From the sequence record PP496436.1: a stretch of DNA of 64,000 nucleotides; one strand, written 5' to 3'. Position numbers and translations under genes: made by a program. The notes under the pieces were generated by a model. The model was not told the origin of the DNA. It saw only the letters and a program-made list of their open reading frames with translations, and searched no databases. Shown piece after piece: positions 55,417 to 64,000 of the stretch. Position 1 is the first letter of the stretch, and every line of letters begins with the position of its first letter.

Positions 55417-55740
55417 ATGATAGGTAACGGTCAAGCTTTCAATGTAAGTCAGGAGCTGAAAGACGCTACTGCTGAATATCTGGATATTTATCGCCATGGC
55501 ACTTCAGGTGACATCGAACTAGCGTGGACAGTCGTGCGCTACGAGTTCCTCAAGGCACAAGCCACGTGCGACGCGGAGGCAATTATCGAAGGGGGACCAG
55601 CACCACGAAGACAAGTCGGTTCTAATTTCTGGTATGACTTGAAGATGCGCGTTCCCGCAGCAACAGTTTCCGAAAGCTTCGATGATGCTGTAGACTTGTG
55701 GCTGGAAACGCTGCTAGACGTCAAGCGACCGGGTAAATAG
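55417..55740 (+). CDS. Hypothetical protein (paralog of previous gene)
   Basis: 107 aa; ends 'FDDAVDLWLETLLDVKRP'. Confidence 0.65.
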   Translation: MIGNGQAFNVSQELKDATAEYLDIYRHGTSGDIELAWTVVRYEFLKAQATCDAEAIIEGGPAPRRQVGSNFWYDLKMRVPAATVSESFDDAVDLWLETLLDVKRPGK

Positions 55741-55778
55741 CCGGTGACTAACTACGTATCTATAGGGATACCGCAAAC

Positions 55779-56750
55779 ATGAAAGATATGCGCTATACCG
55801 AACTGTTCTATTCCCTCCAAGGTGAGGGTTTACGCGTTGGAGTGCCGTCGGTATTCTTCCGCATGTTCGGTTGCAACTTCGAGTGCAAGGGATTCTCCAA
55901 TCCTGAAATGAAAGACCCCAACGTGATCCCGGCAATAAATCTGCTGTCGATCAACGAAGCTGACCTGGAGCTAGGTTGTGACTCTCGTTACAGCTGGCAC
56001 AAGGACTATCGCAACCTGGCTATCAAAGCTGCACCTCATGAGGTGGCCAACACCCTGATCGACTTCACGAAAGAGAAGCACCGGGCGGCGGTGGCTCGCT
56101 GGCCCAAGCGTAACCGTGCAGGCAATGTCGTCCGTTTGATCCCCGGCCAGACTACGAGTGAACTACTCCAGATTGCCACGATGGCTCATGTGCCTGACTG
56201 GGTCTTCACCGGCGGTGAACCGTTCATGCAGCAAGAGCAACTCGAAGCCCTGCTGCGGCACACCATGTACGTGGTGGATGAAGAACAGGTGGAGTTCGGC
56301 GGCAATGGACTTCCTATGTTGACCTTCGAGACTAACGCCAGCATCAAGATGCGTGACTCTATGGTTAGCTGCCTGCGTGAGTACAATGACAACTTCGGGG
56401 ACTTGCACTTCTCCAACAGCCCCAAGCTGTCGTTCACCGGAGAGCATCGCAGTGCGGCGCTCAAGCCCGAAGTTATCGGCCAGCAAGAGCAAACGGGTGG
56501 ATCCAGTTCTTTCAAGTTCGTGGTACGCCCCGCACGTGAAGACTTCGATGAGCTGATGGAGTTCATGCAAGAGTACATGTCGTACACCGGATCGGGCAAT
56601 CTGGAAGGCATTTACGTCATGCCGGTCGGTGCCAGCCTACATCAACAGCAGGCCATCGCCACACAGGTTGCCGAGCTGGCACTGGAATACGGCCTGTCCT
56701 ACAGCCCCCGACTCCAGTGTGACCTGTGGGCCAACAAGATAGGGACGTGA
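55779..56750 (+). CDS. queE: 7-carboxy-7-deazaguanine synthase (radical SAM)
   Basis: 'ELFYSLQGEG...PSVFFRMFGCNFEC...GCDSRYSW', 'FTGGEP', 'FETNA', 'SPKL', 'SPRLQ'. Confidence 0.88.
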   Translation: MKDMRYTELFYSLQGEGLRVGVPSVFFRMFGCNFECKGFSNPEMKDPNVIPAINLLSINEADLELGCDSRYSWHKDYRNLAIKAAPHEVANTLIDFTKEKHRAAVARWPKRNRAGNVVRLIPGQTTSELLQIATMAHVPDWVFTGGEPFMQQEQLEALLRHTMYVVDEEQVEFGGNGLPMLTFETNASIKMRDSMVSCLREYNDNFGDLHFSNSPKLSFTGEHRSAALKPEVIGQQEQTGGSSSFKFVVRPAREDFDELMEFMQEYMSYTGSGNLEGIYVMPVGASLHQQQAIATQVAELALEYGLSYSPRLQCDLWANKIGT

Positions 56751-56752
56751 TC

Positions 56753-57097
56753 ATGGATTCCTTTCAAGAGTGGTTCATTTACGACGTGATGTTTTGGGTG
56801 ACGACAGGTGCCATGTTACTCGTTGCCTTGACGAGCTTACTGGTGACACTGGTACTGGTCAAGATGGACCAGCGCATGGTAAATAAAGGTTACTGGAGTG
56901 CACCCCAAAATCGGGGTGATCCGGCCTTCCTGTGGTTCCACATAACCATGACCGTGATCTTCTTTCTCCTTGTCATCACGGACCTCATAAACGCCAGACT
57001 GTTCACTATCATCGGAACCCTTGGGTACTGCGCTATCTCTATATACGCGCTGATCCTCAGGTTCCCCACGACTACCAACAAGGACACCCCGCAATGA
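56753..57097 (+). CDS. Small multi-pass membrane protein
   Basis: 114 aa, three hydrophobic segments. Confidence 0.6.
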   Translation: MDSFQEWFIYDVMFWVTTGAMLLVALTSLLVTLVLVKMDQRMVNKGYWSAPQNRGDPAFLWFHITMTVIFFLLVITDLINARLFTIIGTLGYCAISIYALILRFPTTTNKDTPQ

Positions 57098-58320
57098 CGA
57101 TCAAAGACCGTAACCGCCGAGAGAAACGTAGCAAGCGCGACAGCCGACTGGTCAAGTCTGTCAAGTCCCGTACCTCCAGCTGGAAGTTGCACATCAACCC
57201 CGGAACACTGGTCAAGAGCATGCAGAACGCCCTGACCATGACCAAGAGCGAGCACGTGCTGCTGACTGTCGAGACGTCGCCGGAGGGTAATGCCCAGATA
57301 GTAATCGTCGCCACGGGTAACGACGTGCAGTTCAAGCAGGTAGTGGTCGGCACCATCGATCAACTGGGTCCAGAGCCGGGGCTGGGGTTGGACGTTAACG
57401 TCTTGACCGGCATTGCACGTGGCCGGAAAGAGATGTGCCTGTTCACCGAACCAGACGATACCCGCATTCACTTCTCGTCGAAGGGCGCCAATGGCCGGGC
57501 CTATTCCGGAGATGTGTGTTCGGTCCCTGATATCGCCTTCGCCGTGGACAGCATCGCCCCGAGTAAAGACGATGTGATCCTCGATCAGAGCATTCGTACC
57601 GCGTTGCAGGCGGCCGTCAACCGTGTGGGACTGACCGACGTGGTGGAAGGCAAGGAGCTGGATCTGTGGGTACAAGCCAACATGAAGGGCTTGACCGTGG
57701 CGTGCTTCGACACTCTGCACGTAGCAACCCTGCATTTCTCCGAACTCAAGGTGAAGCGTGACTTCAACCTGAACTTGCCGCTGTCCACGTTCACTACCAT
57801 TCAAGGCCTTACCGAGAGCGGCGAGTTCACCATCGGCATCGCAGACAACACCATCACGGCGTACAGCGACGAGTTCTTCGTGAGCATGCCGCTGCTGCAA
57901 GAGACGGCGCGTACCCAATCGCTGGCCGACGTGTTGAGCCTGCTGCAAACCATCGCCAGCAACGGCAGCCCAGAGGCTAGCTTCACGTGTTCGGTGGAAG
58001 ATCTGAACACCGCGCTAGGCTCGACCAACGCGGTCTTTGAAACGGGTGCCAAGACCCGACTGACCGTCGAGAAGAAAACCGGGGTGACGATCAACATCAA
58101 GACCAGCTACGGTCAAGTAAATGACCAAGTGGCGAACGACAACTTCACAGGCAGCGGCGAATTCGTAATCTCGCAACCGTTGCTGGAAGATATCCTGCGG
58201 GTGTACAGCGACGACAAGATCACCCTCAAGCTGTATAACGATAAGCCGGCCTCGCTGCTGTCGGCCACGGGTAAGGTAAAGGATTATACCTATACCTACA
58301 TCGCACTGTTGATGGATTGA
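57094..58320 (+). CDS. dnaN: DNA polymerase sliding clamp (DnaN-like)
   Basis: 408 aa, three repeated alpha/beta domains; 'IVIVATGND' and 'LTVACFDTLHVA' parallel DnaN 'L..TDLE' and 'VATDGHRLA'; replication-gene context. Confidence 0.65.
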   Translation: MTIKDRNRREKRSKRDSRLVKSVKSRTSSWKLHINPGTLVKSMQNALTMTKSEHVLLTVETSPEGNAQIVIVATGNDVQFKQVVVGTIDQLGPEPGLGLDVNVLTGIARGRKEMCLFTEPDDTRIHFSSKGANGRAYSGDVCSVPDIAFAVDSIAPSKDDVILDQSIRTALQAAVNRVGLTDVVEGKELDLWVQANMKGLTVACFDTLHVATLHFSELKVKRDFNLNLPLSTFTTIQGLTESGEFTIGIADNTITAYSDEFFVSMPLLQETARTQSLADVLSLLQTIASNGSPEASFTCSVEDLNTALGSTNAVFETGAKTRLTVEKKTGVTINIKTSYGQVNDQVANDNFTGSGEFVISQPLLEDILRVYSDDKITLKLYNDKPASLLSATGKVKDYTYTYIALLMD

Positions 58321-58709
58321 TGAAACCCTCGGACATCAAGCACATACCGTTGCATACGTTCGTCAAGGTGGGAGTGGCCGAATACCTGTTCCTGAACCGC
58401 AGCGCAGTTTCAGGTATCAAGCTGACCACCACCAAGATGGCGTTGGATGAGATTCCGAGCATCCATGTCCACGAGATTACCATGGGTAAAGACGGCATCC
58501 ACGTAGGGTATCTGTTCAAGACACCCAAGCGAGTTGCCCACTCGGCGAAGTCGCTGATCTTTGCCCCCGCTATTTCCATAGATGCAGCCAAGCGATGTGA
58601 GGCTGTGTTCCAAGAATTCTTTGTCGGCTTAGACTGCTGGGTGACTTCCGAAGGGGGTACGTTGTTCAACGCCCAGAAGTACGATGCCTCATTACTCAAA
58701 CCATTATAA
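58317..58709 (+). CDS. Hypothetical protein
   Basis: 130 aa, overlapping start. Confidence 0.6.
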   Translation: MMKPSDIKHIPLHTFVKVGVAEYLFLNRSAVSGIKLTTTKMALDEIPSIHVHEITMGKDGIHVGYLFKTPKRVAHSAKSLIFAPAISIDAAKRCEAVFQEFFVGLDCWVTSEGGTLFNAQKYDASLLKPL

Positions 58710-58718
58710 GGGCCTACC

Positions 58719-59459
58719 ATGGCTATTGATGCACATAAGTATCCGTTGTTGGCGGCGGCTCAAGACCGACTCATCGAGTCTGGTCAGCGCTATTTTGCGA
58801 ATGACAATATCCATCCGGTATTTGAATACCTGGACAACATGGCATTGCCTATGCCAGTCGGGGCTCAGACACTGGAGCAGATGAAGGAGGCTGTTCAAGA
58901 GAAGTACGGCGAGCTGCTGGAACTCCTCTTGATCGATTGGGCTGCGGATCATAACTCCGAAGGTACCCCGCGCCGTGTCGCCAAGATGCTGGTCGAGGAA
59001 ACCTACAAGGGTCGCTATCAGCCGACGCCGAAGATCACCGCGTTCCCCAACGACAGCAAGCGTACCCAGATGATCGTGATCGGGCCGCTGCGCGTTGAGA
59101 GCCAGTGCAGCCATCACCATCAGAACATCCGGGGCTGGGCATGGGTCGGTGTTATGCCGTCGGAAGATGGTACACTGATCGGTCTGTCGAAGTTCAGCCG
59201 CCTACTTGATCATATCTGCCGCCGTCCTCAGATCCAAGAGGAAATGGTTGCTCAGGTGTGTCACCAGTTGAACGATCTGGTCAAGGACAACCTCGGTGTC
59301 GCGGTCGTGATCAACGCAGAGCACCAGTGCATGGCCGTTCGGGGCGTGCAAGAGCCGTGTGCCCAAACCGTTACGTCGGAGATGCTGGGTGCGTTCCTCG
59401 AACCTGGTGTTCGTCAGGAGTTCCTGACCTACGTGCAAATGAACCCAGCCCCGTGCTAA
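58719..59459 (+). CDS. folE: GTP cyclohydrolase I
   Basis: 'TPRRVAKM', 'SQCSHH', 'GLSKFSR', 'RRPQIQE', 'HQCMAVRGV'. Confidence 0.95.
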   Translation: MAIDAHKYPLLAAAQDRLIESGQRYFANDNIHPVFEYLDNMALPMPVGAQTLEQMKEAVQEKYGELLELLLIDWAADHNSEGTPRRVAKMLVEETYKGRYQPTPKITAFPNDSKRTQMIVIGPLRVESQCSHHHQNIRGWAWVGVMPSEDGTLIGLSKFSRLLDHICRRPQIQEEMVAQVCHQLNDLVKDNLGVAVVINAEHQCMAVRGVQEPCAQTVTSEMLGAFLEPGVRQEFLTYVQMNPAPC

Positions 59460-59468
59460 GGTGACATC

Positions 59469-60050
59469 ATGGCAGTCAAGTCCACCCCAAAGAAACCGGA
59501 GAGGCCACCCAAGACGGATCGGGTAGCTCGGGGCTTCTCCGCCAAGACGGAAGATCCGTACAAGGACATCAACTACATCTCCCTCGGGAAGATCCTCAAG
59601 TCGGTGCGGATCGATCCTGCTGGAATGAAAGTGGAGATCCGCCGGATCCACAAGGACCGTAGTTCTCGAAAACTGGTCAGTATCAACGTGACAGGTGATG
59701 AGCTGTCCGCAACGGGTCGCCGGGATAACTCTCGTCGGTCCCGACTGGTGGAGATTGCCAGTGACTGCCGTGAAGCGCGTAACGAAGTGGCTAAGGCCTA
59801 TGACGCCGTGCACATGCACATCGCGGTAACCTACGGCAAGACGTACTTCACGGAGTTCAAGGCCATCGCATCGCTCAACTCGGCGGTGTACAACATGGAG
59901 AACTTCGTGAAGGCAGCTGACCTGCTGGGGACGCTGGACTCGGTTATCCAGATGGCAACCTTCGCCATCGAGGACATCGACAAGTCCGGCATGAACCTGA
60001 CCATGGCATTGAAAGCGCTTGAACTGAAAGCGCGAGGGAAGGACTTCTAA
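59469..60050 (+). CDS. Helical hypothetical protein (position reminiscent of UvsY-like mediators)
   Basis: 193 aa, coiled-coil character, coupled to the SF2 helicase. Function is inference only. Confidence 0.4.
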   Translation: MAVKSTPKKPERPPKTDRVARGFSAKTEDPYKDINYISLGKILKSVRIDPAGMKVEIRRIHKDRSSRKLVSINVTGDELSATGRRDNSRRSRLVEIASDCREARNEVAKAYDAVHMHIAVTYGKTYFTEFKAIASLNSAVYNMENFVKAADLLGTLDSVIQMATFAIEDIDKSGMNLTMALKALELKARGKDF

Positions 60051-61639
60051 TGAGGCGTACTCGGCGGCGGGTGTTCAAGCCGTTCATTGAGTGCAATGCC
60101 ATCTGGCTGCCGAAAAGCCAGGTGTACATGAGCACCGTGAAGCGGCTCTTCACGTTGGAGCTGGAGGACAAGCAAGTCAAGTCCAAGAAGCGTGAAGACC
60201 GGATGTACGAAGTGCAGGTGTTCCGTACGAGGAACTGGCACGGGGAGGAGATCGTCGGACTGCCACTGGGTGACAAGAAGCGTGTGCGTCAATGTCTGAT
60301 GGACAAGCACGCGGTCAACGACGCGATAGATATGCGTCCGAAGTTCGACGATGTAAGAATCAAGGCGTGCTCAACTAGTATCGTGCTGCGGGACTACCAA
60401 GATCCCGCCGTTCGCACCTTCACGACAAAGGAAATGGTCAGCGGCGTACTGCGTGCACGCCCTCGTTCCGGCAAAACGGTGATGGGTGTAGAGATCGCCA
60501 TCCGTAACCGGGTGAAGACTCTGGTGCTGGTTCACCAGTCCGATCTGCTCAAGCAATTCAAGCGTGACACCTTCGACGCGTTGACTGCTGCGGGCATGCG
60601 CTCCAAGATCTGCAAAACGTGGAAAGACTTTCGGGAAACCGATTTCTGTCTGGCCACGTATCAGTCGTTCCTGAGTCCCGGCGGCAAGAAGCTACTGCGC
60701 CGGATCGCGAACATGTTCGGCCTCGTCCTGACCGATGAGATTCACCGGGCGGCGTCCAAGGAATACAACAACGTTCTCTGTCAGCTGAACGCACTCCAGT
60801 ACATTGGTCTGACCGGTACACCGGATCGTAAAGACGGCAAGTACGACATGATCAACGTGTGCGTAGGTCCTATTCGGATCACGTGCAAGGCTCCGGCGCT
60901 CAAGCCGAAAGTCCAGATGGTGTACACCGATCTTCCGCAGCGGCACTTCGGCGGTAACGGTTGGACCTACATGGTCAAGTACATCGCCACCAACAAGGCT
61001 CGCAACGAACTGATCGCAGACCATGCGGTCCGGGATATGCTGGCAGGTCATCACGTGGTTATTCCGATCACCATGATCGAACATGGCAACCTGTTGGAAG
61101 CGCTGATCAGCAAGAAATGGGAGTCCCTTGGCAAGCAATTGCCTGTGGCTGCGCGCTTCGATGGACGACTGCAAGGTAACAAGCGTGACGCCGTGCTGGA
61201 CGACATCCGAGACGGTAAATATGGTTGCACCATTGCCATGCGTTCGATGCTCACAGGCGTCAACGTTCCACGCTGGTCTATGATCTATACGGTCATCCCT
61301 ATTGCCAATGCCCCGACGTACACTCAGGAGGTAACCCGAGTCGGTACTCCAATGGAAGGTAAGAACCGTCCAGTGGTCAAGTGCTTCCTCGATACCGAGA
61401 TGACTGCGTGCGTGGCGTGCTTCCGCAAGATGTTCTTTGCGGTCCTCAACATTCGGTCTGACTTCACCGTGTCGTACGGTGTTCTCAAGTACTTTCACAT
61501 GTCCGGTCGCACGATTGAGCAGGTGGCGTCAACCCCAGCGTCCAGTGCCCGTGCCCCAAGCTATACCAGAAGCTCGCAGGCCATTACCCGGACAGCCACT
61601 GCTCGGGGTGGGAAGATGCGTGGCTTCGGTGGGAGATAG
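60050..61639 (+). CDS. uvsW: SF2 helicase, UvsW/XPB-like
   Basis: 'LRDYQ', 'ARPRSGKT', 'LTDEIH', 'GLTGTPDRKDG', 'LTGVNVP'. Confidence 0.85.
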   Translation: MRRTRRRVFKPFIECNAIWLPKSQVYMSTVKRLFTLELEDKQVKSKKREDRMYEVQVFRTRNWHGEEIVGLPLGDKKRVRQCLMDKHAVNDAIDMRPKFDDVRIKACSTSIVLRDYQDPAVRTFTTKEMVSGVLRARPRSGKTVMGVEIAIRNRVKTLVLVHQSDLLKQFKRDTFDALTAAGMRSKICKTWKDFRETDFCLATYQSFLSPGGKKLLRRIANMFGLVLTDEIHRAASKEYNNVLCQLNALQYIGLTGTPDRKDGKYDMINVCVGPIRITCKAPALKPKVQMVYTDLPQRHFGGNGWTYMVKYIATNKARNELIADHAVRDMLAGHHVVIPITMIEHGNLLEALISKKWESLGKQLPVAARFDGRLQGNKRDAVLDDIRDGKYGCTIAMRSMLTGVNVPRWSMIYTVIPIANAPTYTQEVTRVGTPMEGKNRPVVKCFLDTEMTACVACFRKMFFAVLNIRSDFTVSYGVLKYFHMSGRTIEQVASTPASSARAPSYTRSSQAITRTATARGGKMRGFGGR

Positions 61640-61641
61640 TT

Positions 61642-61905
61642 ATGCGTATGCTCGTTGTCAAAGGTTACAAGGTCGAGCGTGATATGGAGGAACTACCCGC
61701 GAAGGATAGAGAGTTCGGGGCTAACGATGTCTTCGCCTATTCGTCGGGTCATCCCGGAGATAGCAATATCGAGGCGACTATCAAGGCAGCGATTGAGTCC
61801 CAAGGCTTTACCGAAGCCGACATCATCTCGATCACCATGGTACCATGGCAGGTTAACGGACGTGATCGCGGCAGCAACGACTATCACATCTTCCTTCGGG
61901 GATAA
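61642..61905 (+). CDS. Hypothetical protein
   Basis: 87 aa, SD GGGAG. Confidence 0.6.
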   Translation: MRMLVVKGYKVERDMEELPAKDREFGANDVFAYSSGHPGDSNIEATIKAAIESQGFTEADIISITMVPWQVNGRDRGSNDYHIFLRG

Positions 61906-61917
61906 GGAAAGCAGGCC

Positions 61918-62565
61918 ATGGCCGTCAATAGCAGTATGATCAAACTCCCCAAGATGGGGAGTGTCACGTTCAAGAAGATGCAAGCGGTCAACGTGCCGAT
62001 CCATCGTCTGGCCCAATCCAACATTCAGTTCAACTTGCGAGAGAACTTGCAGGAAGATGTGTTTGTTGAACGCAACAAGGCCAAGGAAGTAAAAGACATC
62101 GTTCGCCACACTGCTGCGTCTCAACTCCGGGCGTGGCAGTTGCTGATGCAAGAACCCTTTGGTGAACCGTACAGCATGTGCGTGTCCACCTACGAGTCCG
62201 ATTTCCTGCCCAAGATGGTAGCTGCCACACTGGTTGCTGCTGCCTTCGATCAGGGCGCCACTGTCAATCAGGTGGCTTGGCACACGATCACCGGGGACGC
62301 GGTTGACTACATGTTGGTAGATCATCACGCCCGGAAGAAAGATCTGAAGCTGATCGTGCTTGCCAACCTGCCAACGTCCTACGATCACACGACCCGGATG
62401 GACAGCTCTTTGCTGAAGTATGAGAAGGTGCGGGACATCATCGAGGTGTTCCCCAACGCGGCAGTGTGCGTGGTATCAACAGGCACCAGCCCGTCGGACC
62501 TGTTTCATAAACTTCAACTTCCTCTGGACATCGCCATCCGCCTGATGGATAAGAGACAACTATGA
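61918..62565 (+). CDS. Putative helicase loader (degenerate DnaC-like)
   Basis: 215 aa directly coupled to dnaB; 'LIVLANL', 'VCVVST' strands resemble AAA+ core but no Walker A. Mostly positional. Confidence 0.35.
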   Translation: MAVNSSMIKLPKMGSVTFKKMQAVNVPIHRLAQSNIQFNLRENLQEDVFVERNKAKEVKDIVRHTAASQLRAWQLLMQEPFGEPYSMCVSTYESDFLPKMVAATLVAAAFDQGATVNQVAWHTITGDAVDYMLVDHHARKKDLKLIVLANLPTSYDHTTRMDSSLLKYEKVRDIIEVFPNAAVCVVSTGTSPSDLFHKLQLPLDIAIRLMDKRQL

Positions 62566-63989
62566 AACTGGTTAACCAACCCGCAGAAGTACGTGCAGTT
62601 GTGTCCATCTGTAAGAGCCCAACAAAGCTTCGCTACAAGCTGTTGGCTAACCTCAATGAAACTCACTTCGACTCAGACATCGCCAGCCGGGCATTCAGTC
62701 GTATCTCCACACTGGCCCGGAAGCGCGCCACACTGGTGAGCTGGGAAGACCTGTGTGAAGATCCTACGCTGCCGGACGCCACCAAAGCTGCGTTGCGTAA
62801 TGCCAAAGTCAGGCCGATCAAGACCGACAAGGATATGTCCTCGCTGGTAGAGAACCTGACCTACTATCGCAAGTGCCGACTGACCTTCGAAGCAGCGCAA
62901 GCGGCCATCACCTCTTTTCAGACTGATGCGCCGAACGTAGACAACATCGTGGTAAGTCTGGCTAACGCCGTGACTGCTGCTAACACCTCCATGGCCGTGG
63001 ACAGCGAGCTGCTCGTCTTCGGTAAGGGCTCCAACTCCAAGGAGATGATCGACGAACTGCTGGACGGGGAGGCACCCGAGGTTATTCCCTTGGGCTTCTC
63101 CGGGTTCGATGACCGCAACGGTGGCCTGTTCCCCGGCTCGCTGGTAATCGTGGCCGGTCCATCTGGTGGGGGTAAGTCGCTGACGGCTGGTCAGATGGCG
63201 ATCAACTTCACGGAAGGTGGGTATTCAACCGCTATCGTGCCGTTGGAGATGACCAAGCGTGAGCAGACTGCACGTATCGTCGCAAACCTTGCGGACATCC
63301 CGGTCAACAAGATTCTTACGGGCAAGCTGACGCTCAACGAGAAGAAAAAGATTCGCAAGTCGATGAAGGACTACGAGCGCCGCTGCAAGAAGCTCGGTTC
63401 CTCGTACGCCATCTACGAGCCGGAAGAAGACGTCACCATCGAAAACGTGCTGGGCAACCTTCGCCCGTTCGGCCATCGTGTTGTGATCATCGACTACGTG
63501 GGTCTGCTGGACGGTGTTGACGGCGATGACTCTTGGAGACAGCTGGGTAAAGCGGCTCGCTACGCCAAGATCTGGGCCAAGCAGAACAACGTGCTGGTCA
63601 TCCTGCTGGCGCAAGCGGCGGAAGATGGTACGCTGCGTTACTCCAAGGTAATGACCGACCATGCCAACAACGCCTTCGTGTGGGTGACCACGGAAGAGAT
63701 GAAGGATCACGGCATCATTCGTGTCATGCAACCTAAGGCACGTAACCATGACCCGGCTCCGTTCTACATCAAGATGCATTGGGGCAGTATGAAGTGCGTC
63801 GGCCTCACGGATCAGGAAGCCGAGGAACAGATGTCGGCCAGCGGGCATCGCAACGTGGTCAATACGGAACGGCGAGGTGCACGACAAGGCGGGGATAATT
63901 CCGGGAAAGCTGGACGGACCAATAACTTGCGCCGTGAACTGCAAAACCGCAGGCAGCAAATGGGCGGCGGACAGAGACGCGCCGCGTAA
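62562..63989 (+). CDS. dnaB: DnaB-like replicative helicase
   Basis: 'LGFSGFDDRNGGL', Walker A 'AGPSGGGKS', 'PLEM', 'IIDYVGLL', 'ILLAQ', 'KARN'. Confidence 0.93.
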   Translation: MKLVNQPAEVRAVVSICKSPTKLRYKLLANLNETHFDSDIASRAFSRISTLARKRATLVSWEDLCEDPTLPDATKAALRNAKVRPIKTDKDMSSLVENLTYYRKCRLTFEAAQAAITSFQTDAPNVDNIVVSLANAVTAANTSMAVDSELLVFGKGSNSKEMIDELLDGEAPEVIPLGFSGFDDRNGGLFPGSLVIVAGPSGGGKSLTAGQMAINFTEGGYSTAIVPLEMTKREQTARIVANLADIPVNKILTGKLTLNEKKKIRKSMKDYERRCKKLGSSYAIYEPEEDVTIENVLGNLRPFGHRVVIIDYVGLLDGVDGDDSWRQLGKAARYAKIWAKQNNVLVILLAQAAEDGTLRYSKVMTDHANNAFVWVTTEEMKDHGIIRVMQPKARNHDPAPFYIKMHWGSMKCVGLTDQEAEEQMSASGHRNVVNTERRGARQGGDNSGKAGRTNNLRRELQNRRQQMGGGQRRAA

Positions 63990-64000
63990 CCGGAGGCTAC

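Noticed and set aside
1571-63959. Many long antisense ORFs in the track (e.g. 1571-2716+, 18537-19937+, 26687-28717-, 32044-33387-, 52808-54022-, 63225-63959-)
   Set aside because: They mirror well-supported genes on the opposite strand, lack SD and motifs, and are the expected shadow of GC-rich codon bias.
1-64000. tRNA genes, CRISPR arrays, introns, inteins, integrase or transposase
   Set aside because: No T-loop GTTCGA cloverleaf, repeat-spacer array or intein ends recognised; PolA, topoisomerase and helicases are uninterrupted. tRNAscan-SE or Infernal would be the decisive check.
1-64000. Assignment to nucleus-forming phiKZ-like phages
   Set aside because: No multisubunit RNAP, tubulin or shell-protein gene recognised; PolA, clamp, DnaB and sigma70 promoters point to a different jumbo lineage.

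Overview
This window is part of a GC-rich jumbo myophage genome. The gene set (HK97-type major capsid, tail sheath, PolA, two-subunit type II topoisomerase, clamp, DnaB, UvsW-like helicase, FolE/QueE/QueC) recalls the PaBG/Lu11/RSL1/Y3-type jumbo phages; that assignment is from recollection and needs a database check. Layout: (1) 1-5030, minus-strand head/tail genes; (2) 5450-5926, a SWIM Zn-finger gene with its own sigma70 promoter; (3) 6014-8800, a 928-aa protein with family-A-polymerase-like motifs, followed by an ~800 bp non-coding block whose C/G skew flips sharply (origin candidate); (4) 9628-19871, minus-strand small accessory genes ending in a UvrD-like helicase; (5) 19999-63989, plus-strand DNA metabolism and replication genes. 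The standout is a ~12 kb enzyme cluster at 21474-33354: two divergent QueC-like ATP pyrophosphatases, four Fem/Acetyltransf_6-like GNATs, a PurD-like ATP-grasp ligase, two SAM methyltransferases and a lysine 2,3-aminomutase. It is preceded by a LigA-like protein lacking the catalytic KxDG motif, and FolE and QueE lie ~25 kb away. It reads as a biosynthetic or hypermodification pathway of unknown product. Two recurrent intergenic motifs (GTAAATRG; CCACTRHCC just before the Shine-Dalgarno) were also found. No tRNA, CRISPR array, intron or intein was recognised. All family calls are by-eye motif recognition, without database searches.
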